Shown here: one piece after another, positions 57,852 to 64,000 of the stretch
Layout: each line of letters opens with the position of its first letter
How positions within the stretch are numbered: position 1 is the first letter of the stretch
NCBI GenBank assembly: GCA_049322915.1
Contig: JBMOPW010000014.1
Location: forward strand, 376,983 to 440,982
Source: Candidatus Zhuqueibacterota bacterium
Lineage (GTDB): Bacteria; Zhuqueibacterota; Zhuqueibacteria; Thermofontimicrobiales; Thermofontimicrobiaceae
DNA length: 64,000 nucleotides
Direction of reading: 5' to 3'
Notes under the pieces: model-generated
Databases searched by the model: none
Told to the model about the DNA's origin: nothing
The model's input: the letters and a program-made list of their open reading frames with translations, nothing else
Program-made: the position numbers and the translations under genes

Positions 57852-59321
57852 ATGCGTTACAAACGGGTGTTACTGATAAATCCTTCGTTCCCCAAAGAAG
57901 GCGGCGAATTGCTGAGACCCTCGGCAGGCTTGGGTTATCTGGCCGAGTCCATCAAGAGCCGGGGGATCGAGTACGATGTGATCGATTTGAATCTGGGCTA
58001 TCGTTTCAGGCATCTGGTCAAAAAGATTGATTCTTTTCAGCCGGATTTTCTGGGCGTGACAGTGCTTTCGCTGGGCTACAAGGACGTGTATGCCATGCTT
58101 GGCCAATTAAAATCCCTGTACCCGCATATCCCGATTGGGGTCGGCGGCCCCCATGTGTCGCTGTTGAAGGAGAAGGTGCTCCGGGATTGCAGCGCCATCG
58201 ATGTAGGCGTTGTGTTTGAGGGAGAAAAAACGCTTGTCGAAATATGCCTTGGGCAAAAATCGCTGGCCGAAATACCGGGATTGATGTATCGTTCGGAACA
58301 GGGCATTGTCTACACCGGCCCGCGCGGGAACGATGACTCGCTGGATGAATTGCCTTTCCCGCGCTACGAGAAATTCGAGCTGCACAAGTATGTACACGAG
58401 CGCGTGATCATCTCCAGCCGCGGCTGTCCCTATCAATGCATTTTCTGCCCGAATAAACTGATCACGCCGGCGTTCCGGATGCGCAGTCCCCAAAATGTGG
58501 TGGAAGAGATCGAGTACTGGTACAACAAAGGATACCGTCAATTCAATTTTGACGATGATAATTTCAATCAGTCGCGGAAGCGCGTGGTTGAGATGTGCGA
58601 TTTGCTCCGGGAGCGAAACATGGAAGGTCTGCTGCTGCGCTGCTCCAATGGGCTGCGTGCGGATCGGCTGGACCGGGAAATTTTGCAGCGCATGTGGCAG
58701 GCAGGATTCCGCTATCTGGGCATTGGCGCAGATGGCGGCAATAACAAAGTGCTGAAGACTCTGCAGAAGGGCGAACGCATTGAGGATATTGAGAACGCGG
58801 TGAAATTAGCGACGGAGCTGGGCTTCGGAGTGAAGCTGTTCTTTGTGGTGGGAACGCCCGGCGAAACATGGGACGATGTGATGGATTCGGCCCGGCTGGC
58901 GCAGAAGTATCCCATTCAGCGCGTTCACTTCTACAATTTAATTCCATATCCCGGCACGAAATTATACCAGTGGGTTGATGAACATAAGCGATTCATCATT
59001 CCGCCGGAAGAATATCTGAATAATATTTCAGACCTGATTTATGTGCCTCTTTTCGAAACGCCTGAATTATCGCGCGAGCAGCGGATCGAGGCGCTGACGT
59101 ATTTGAAAGGCGTGTCCCGGCAGGTGAGCAAAAACGCCGTGAAACGGTTGTTCGAAAATTATCGCGGGCTGAACCTGGTTCTGGCATCGCTCTTTACGAC
59201 TGACCGGGTGCAGCGCTGGATTTTTCAAAATGTCCTGTTCAGAAAAATGGTTGAGATGATTCGCTATCAGAAAATAATGAGACAGAAAAATGATGAACAA
59301 GTCCGAGTTACAGGAATATGA
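57852..59321 (+). CDS. Cobalamin-binding radical SAM protein
   Basis: N-terminal B12-binding domain (GLGYLA, GGPHVS), SRGCPYQCIFC, DDNF and PYPGT. Confidence 0.93.
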   Translation: MRYKRVLLINPSFPKEGGELLRPSAGLGYLAESIKSRGIEYDVIDLNLGYRFRHLVKKIDSFQPDFLGVTVLSLGYKDVYAMLGQLKSLYPHIPIGVGGPHVSLLKEKVLRDCSAIDVGVVFEGEKTLVEICLGQKSLAEIPGLMYRSEQGIVYTGPRGNDDSLDELPFPRYEKFELHKYVHERVIISSRGCPYQCIFCPNKLITPAFRMRSPQNVVEEIEYWYNKGYRQFNFDDDNFNQSRKRVVEMCDLLRERNMEGLLLRCSNGLRADRLDREILQRMWQAGFRYLGIGADGGNNKVLKTLQKGERIEDIENAVKLATELGFGVKLFFVVGTPGETWDDVMDSARLAQKYPIQRVHFYNLIPYPGTKLYQWVDEHKRFIIPPEEYLNNISDLIYVPLFETPELSREQRIEALTYLKGVSRQVSKNAVKRLFENYRGLNLVLASLFTTDRVQRWIFQNVLFRKMVEMIRYQKIMRQKNDEQVRVTGI

Positions 59322-61404
59322 GGAGTTTTCGCAGCGCAATTTTTTGGAGGTAGTCCTCAAGCGCCGCTGGATGATTGCGATCCTGTTTTTCGCCATCTTC
59401 GGCGCCGTTGTCGTCGGGACGCTGCTGATGACACCGGTGTTCAGGACGACTGCCAAGATCATCCTGGAAAAGAAGCTGGAGCAGGAAAAGTACAGCCTGT
59501 TGAATTTGCCGGGCATCATCCGCGATCCCTACGATTTTATCGCTTCGGAAATTGAAATCATCAAAAGCCGGCCGGTGGCAGAGCGCGTGGTTCGGGCGCT
59601 GCAATTGGCGCGGCGCAGCGATCCGCAGTCAACCCGCGTTTCTGAAGCGAATAACCAGTTTCAGTGGGCGATCACGGATCTCGTTGAAAAGCTGGATGTA
59701 CAGAAAGTCAAGGACACCAACGTGATCACGCTGAGCTATTGCTCCGAAGACCCGATTGTGGCAGTGAACGTTGTCAATGCGGTGATTGAGGCGTACAAAT
59801 CCGAGCGGCTGAAGATCACGGAGCGCTCGGAAAATTCGGATTATCTGGAACGGCAAATCCGCTTTTACGACAATAAAATTTGCAGCCTGATGACGCTTTC
59901 GGCGGACGTGAAACAGGAATGGGAAATGCACTCCGCGGAGCAAAAAGCCCAGACACTGCAGAACAACCTGTCGATTTTTCAGGAAAAACTGGCAGAGACC
60001 CAATCCCGGTACGATGCAAAAAGAACGCGGCTCAGTAATTTGAAAAGACAAATATCCGATGGAAATGACTTCCTGGCGTTGGATGAAGAGATGAGTCCCA
60101 CATTGGTGAATCACATCAGCAAATTAAAAGAGCAGTTGCTAACGCTGGAAGTGGAAATCACCAGGGGACTGCAAAAGTACACGCCGAAGCATAAGCTGAT
60201 CATTCGGCTTGTCGAGGAGAAAGAATACCTTCAAAGTCTGTATCAGCAGTCGCTGAGGGATTATGTGAAAAGTGAAGAGGCGTATATCCGCGTCCTGAGC
60301 GAACAAATGCACGCCTACCAATCCAGATGTCAGGAGGTTTCAAGGCAGGTGGCGGCGCTTTCGGAGCCGGAGAAAACGCAGCAGATGATCGAGCGGGACC
60401 TCGGGAGCAACCGGGAAATTTACACGATGCTTGTGAAACAGCGCGGAGAAAATCAGATATCCAACTCGAAAAAAGGCGGTGAGATAACGGTGGAAATCGT
60501 GAGTCCGCCGGACCGACCGCTGCGCCCGGCGCGACCCAATAAGCGGCTCAATTTTATGCTGGCCGGCGTGTTGGGAATGATCATCAGCACCGGCGCTGCC
60601 TTTGGCGTGGAGTATCTGGAGCATTCCTATCGCATGATTCAGAAAAAGCAATTGATGCAACATCCGCATGTGACACTGCTTCCTGCCAGCTTCCTGAATT
60701 CCTCATTGAATGGCGGGAGCGACAACTCGTCCTATCAGGAAATTTTTCAGACGCGCCGGCAATTCACCTCCTGGCCAAAAGGAGGGGCGTCGATTGCTCT
60801 GGCCATTTTGTGCGGGCTCATCCTGATTGGCGCCGTTGGGTTGGCGATTAAAATTATGCCGGCGCAGCGAAACGATGGGGAGCAATGGCGCACTGAACCG
60901 ATGGACATGGGCGAACTGGTCGAGGAAAAATTTGTGGAGATAGAAAAAACGACGACTCTTTATGAATTGCTGCTGCGGGAATTCGGGATGATCCATTCCG
61001 AACTGGTGAATGAATTGAAACAGGCCAATCCCAAGATTACTGAATCAGTGATGATACCGGCCGGTGAAAAAGTGTATCTGCCAACAAGCGCTCTCGCCAG
61101 CGATACGCGATTGAAGCGATATGCGGTGCATGTTTTTTCATTGAGAAAATTCAAGGAAGCGATTGGCCACTATGTTCGCCTGACGCAGCAGGGGTACTAC
61201 GCAGCGCTGTTTTCGGTTCGCGATACGGAGGAGGGGCAGTTTTATAAAATAACCCTGGGATCATTTGCTGCGCGGAAACAGGCCGAGGGATTCCGGCGGG
61301 AACTCCTGGCCGGGAATCGTTTCAATTACGCAGCACTGTGGGATACGGGAGAGCTGTTCAATTCCGAAAAAGGAAAGTTGGCGCTATGTTATGTTGTGCA
61401 GTAG
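59290..61404 (+). CDS. GumC/Wzc-like polysaccharide co-polymerase fused to TM, LysM-like and SPOR domains
   Basis: Wzz-type N-terminus, long coiled coil, PPDRPLRPARPNK and TM2. No Walker A motif or Tyr tail. Third TM, then ANPKI ... IPAGEKVYLP and YAVHVFS ... YKITLGSF. Confidence 0.82.
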   Translation: MMNKSELQEYEEFSQRNFLEVVLKRRWMIAILFFAIFGAVVVGTLLMTPVFRTTAKIILEKKLEQEKYSLLNLPGIIRDPYDFIASEIEIIKSRPVAERVVRALQLARRSDPQSTRVSEANNQFQWAITDLVEKLDVQKVKDTNVITLSYCSEDPIVAVNVVNAVIEAYKSERLKITERSENSDYLERQIRFYDNKICSLMTLSADVKQEWEMHSAEQKAQTLQNNLSIFQEKLAETQSRYDAKRTRLSNLKRQISDGNDFLALDEEMSPTLVNHISKLKEQLLTLEVEITRGLQKYTPKHKLIIRLVEEKEYLQSLYQQSLRDYVKSEEAYIRVLSEQMHAYQSRCQEVSRQVAALSEPEKTQQMIERDLGSNREIYTMLVKQRGENQISNSKKGGEITVEIVSPPDRPLRPARPNKRLNFMLAGVLGMIISTGAAFGVEYLEHSYRMIQKKQLMQHPHVTLLPASFLNSSLNGGSDNSSYQEIFQTRRQFTSWPKGGASIALAILCGLILIGAVGLAIKIMPAQRNDGEQWRTEPMDMGELVEEKFVEIEKTTTLYELLLREFGMIHSELVNELKQANPKITESVMIPAGEKVYLPTSALASDTRLKRYAVHVFSLRKFKEAIGHYVRLTQQGYYAALFSVRDTEEGQFYKITLGSFAARKQAEGFRRELLAGNRFNYAALWDTGELFNSEKGKLALCYVVQ

Positions 61405-62558
61405 CATACTCGATTTACGAATACGATGGACGCGTGCGGCGGGAGACTGAAGCGCTGCTGCGCGAGGGATTCGCAGTGGACGTGATCTGTCTCGGTGAGA
61501 AGGGCAAGCCGGGCCAAGCCACAGTGGACGGCGCCAGGCTGCATCGGGTTCAGCGCCGAGAGGTGAATGAACGGTATCTGGTTCAGTACATATACCGGCT
61601 GGCCCGATTCTTCCTGATGGTTTTTTTCAAGCTGACTCTGCTGTCGCTGAAAAATCGATACGCCCTGATTCACGTCCATAATTTGCCGGATTTTCTGGTG
61701 TTCACGACCATCGTCCCGAAATTGATGGGCGCGAAGGTCATTCTGGACATTCACGATGTGCTGCCAGAATTTTATGCCCGGAAATTCACCGTCCCCATGA
61801 GCCATTGGTGCGTCCGGCTGCTCATGTTTTTGGAACGATTGTCCATGTGCTACGCCGATCATGTGCTGACGGTGACGGAAATCTGGCGCGATCGGCTGAC
61901 GGAACGGGGCGTTGCGCCGGAGAAGTGCTCGGTGATTCTCAATGCGCCGGATGAGCGGTTGTTCCCGCAAAGCACATTCCCCATCCGAAACAACGGCGCG
62001 CCCATCAAATTGATTTACACCGGCACGCTGAAGGAACACTCCGGCATCGATATCATTCTCCGTGCGCTGCATCGGATGAAGGGCGCCGGCGTTGCGGCGC
62101 TGCTGGATGTGTACGGAATGGGCGAAGAAAAAGAGCGGTTGCTGCGCCAGGTGGAATCCCTGGGAATTCAGGATATGGTGCATTTTCATGAGGCAGTGCC
62201 TATCTCGCACATGCGCGAGGTGCTGGCCCGGTCAGATATCGGTATCGATCCCAAAAAGGCCGGTATATATTCCGGAGAGACGCTGAGCGTCAAATCCATG
62301 GAGTTTTTAGCGACCGGCCTGCCGGCGATAGTCTCGAAAACCAGAGCTGCTTCATTGTATTATGACGATTCCATGGTGGCGTTTTTCCAGCCGGAGGAGC
62401 CGGACGACCTGGCGCGATCGATCATCGAATTGAGCCGGAATCCGGAGCAGCGGGAAAGGCAGCGCAGGAATGGCAGAAAATTCTTCGCCACCCATAGCTG
62501 GTCAGTCTATCGCAGCAAATACCTGGCGATTGTCCGCGACCTGGCGCCGGCGAATTGA
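61386..62558 (+). CDS. GT4 family glycosyltransferase
   Basis: DGRVRRE, HVHNLPD, DIHD and KSMEFLATGLPAI. Confidence 0.92.
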   Translation: MLCCAVAYSIYEYDGRVRRETEALLREGFAVDVICLGEKGKPGQATVDGARLHRVQRREVNERYLVQYIYRLARFFLMVFFKLTLLSLKNRYALIHVHNLPDFLVFTTIVPKLMGAKVILDIHDVLPEFYARKFTVPMSHWCVRLLMFLERLSMCYADHVLTVTEIWRDRLTERGVAPEKCSVILNAPDERLFPQSTFPIRNNGAPIKLIYTGTLKEHSGIDIILRALHRMKGAGVAALLDVYGMGEEKERLLRQVESLGIQDMVHFHEAVPISHMREVLARSDIGIDPKKAGIYSGETLSVKSMEFLATGLPAIVSKTRAASLYYDDSMVAFFQPEEPDDLARSIIELSRNPEQRERQRRNGRKFFATHSWSVYRSKYLAIVRDLAPAN

Positions 62559-62601
62559 GTCAACCTGCTAACTGAGCAAAATCAACCTGATGTGATCCAA
62601 T

Positions 62602-64000
62602 ATGCAATTCGAAACGCAGGCTACCCGGTTCAACAGGATTCAATGGGCTGAGGCATTAAGTCCCACCCTGTGGAGCCGAATTCATTGGAAATGGCAGCAT
62701 GGTATTTGGCTCGTCGCCGGACTACTGTGTGGCGCCAGCATTTTGGCCATTCTGAAATTCGAAAACGAGTGGCGAGCCTTCCTGCTGATCGGCGGTATCG
62801 CGCCATTCGTCTTCATGCTGAGCCGAAGCGTGAAGCGCCTGTGCCTCGCGCTGTTAGTCCTGTGCGTCCCCATCAATGCCGATGTGAATTTAATCTATCG
62901 GCCGCATCATGGCGGGGCCAGCGGACTGGGCATCCATCTGATCGACATCCCGCTGCTCTGCTTGTGCCTGTTCTGGCTGATTGAAATCGCCCGCAACCGA
63001 CGATTGGGATTCAGCCGGCTAACTCCCGCGATATTCCCGCTGTTCGGATTCTTTGTGTGCGCGTTGCTATCGATGCTCAACGCTGCAGATGTCCAATTCA
63101 GCCTGTTTGAAATCGTGCGACTGGTCGAGGCGATGCTGATATTTTTTGTCATCGCGCATTATGTCAACGAGGACAGGGAAATCCGCCTCATCCTTCTCCT
63201 TCTCGTCATCGGGTTGTTGCTGGAGAGCGCGATGGCATTTGTCCAGGGCTACCTGGGTCAATCCCTCGGGCTGTCGCTGCTGGGGGAGAGCGAGAAAATT
63301 GCGGAGCAGGAACTGGAAACTGTCGGCAGCGTCACGCGCGTCTGGGGCACCTTTGGCTCGTCCAATATTTTCGCGTTCTATTTGCAATGCATTGTGCCCG
63401 TTCTCATCGCGCTTCTTTTCAGTCGGTCGGTCGCGCCCTGGAAAATGCTATGGCTCATCGTGGCCATTGCCGGGACAATTGCCCTGCTGTTCACGCTTTC
63501 CCGCGGCGGCTGGATGGGATTTGCGTGTTCGATGCTGATCATCGCCGGGTTTCACTTTTTTCGCGGCAGGTTGACTATTGCCAAAGTGATGGCCCTCGTT
63601 GGCGTCGCCGGTCTGGCCGGACTCGTACTGTTCGGCTTTTCCGATTTGATCTGTGCGCGGCTTTTTTCCGATGACGGCGAATCGGCCTACCTCCGCGTTC
63701 CCATGATGCAGGTAGCCTGGGCAATTATCAAAGCGCATCCAATTTTGGGCATTGGCATTAACAATTACACCGTGGTGATGCGCTCTTACGATTCAACGGC
63801 GGAGCGGGTTTCGCTCTGGTTCGATTATCCTGTCCACAATGAATTCCTGCTGCTGGCAGCGGAGACAGGTATCTTCGGGCTGCTGTTCTTCATGGCGTTC
63901 ATGTATTTTCTCTTTAAAATTGGATTGTCGGCTGTAAAGCGTCATTCGAAGGCGCAGCTTACCAGCCATGTGGCCATTGGCATCATGGCCGGACTGTTCG
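62602..64000 (+). CDS. O-antigen ligase / Wzy-like polymerase, truncated at the window edge
   Basis: Manual translation shows many TMs, RVWGTFGSSN, TLSRGGW, HPILGIGINNY and VHNEFLLLAAETG. Confidence 0.9.
   Translation, partial: MQFETQATRFNRIQWAEALSPTLWSRIHWKWQHGIWLVAGLLCGASILAILKFENEWRAFLLIGGIAPFVFMLSRSVKRLCLALLVLCVPINADVNLIYRPHHGGASGLGIHLIDIPLLCLCLFWLIEIARNRRLGFSRLTPAIFPLFGFFVCALLSMLNAADVQFSLFEIVRLVEAMLIFFVIAHYVNEDREIRLILLLLVIGLLLESAMAFVQGYLGQSLGLSLLGESEKIAEQELETVGSVTRVWGTFGSSNIFAFYLQCIVPVLIALLFSRSVAPWKMLWLIVAIAGTIALLFTLSRGGWMGFACSMLIIAGFHFFRGRLTIAKVMALVGVAGLAGLVLFGFSDLICARLFSDDGESAYLRVPMMQVAWAIIKAHPILGIGINNYTVVMRSYDSTAERVSLWFDYPVHNEFLLLAAETGIFGLLFFMAFMYFLFKIGLSAVKRHSKAQLTSHVAIGIMAGLF

Noticed and set aside
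49121..64000. PEP-CTERM/exosortase system
   Set aside because: FemAB-like and deacetylase genes resemble such loci, but no exosortase or PEP-CTERM tail is visible. The operon continues beyond the window.

Overview
Bacterial chromosomal window using the standard code (TGA is a normal stop in many genes). Many secreted proteins end in an NYPNPFN-type T9SS/FlgD-like sorting domain and a PorZ-like gene is present, which suggests an FCB-group organism such as KSB1 or Calditrichota (inference). 1-27.8 kb is mostly minus strand: S46 peptidase, lspA, nth, ylxQ/ylxR, an S8 protease, four tandem paralogous ~710-aa secreted proteins, mpl, rodZ, maf, cobO and nrdJ. 28-45.3 kb is plus strand: rib operon, porZ-like, recN, cpoB-like, dnaE, amidohydrolase and ThiF/MoeB. 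45.9-64 kb holds a minus-strand ECF sigma/anti-sigma cluster facing away from an exopolysaccharide operon. Highlights: (1) a 78-aa DUF1858-like CxxU candidate selenoprotein absent from the ORF track; (2) a shared GAGAGAAT-N15-CTCTATAA promoter-like motif linking the ECF cluster to the EPS operon; (3) a Wzc-like co-polymerase with LysM-like and SPOR domains in place of the kinase; (4) near-identical sorting-domain DNA on otherwise divergent paralogs; (5) a nested MITE-like family with 8-bp target duplications. No rRNA, tRNA, CRISPR array or transposase was recognised.
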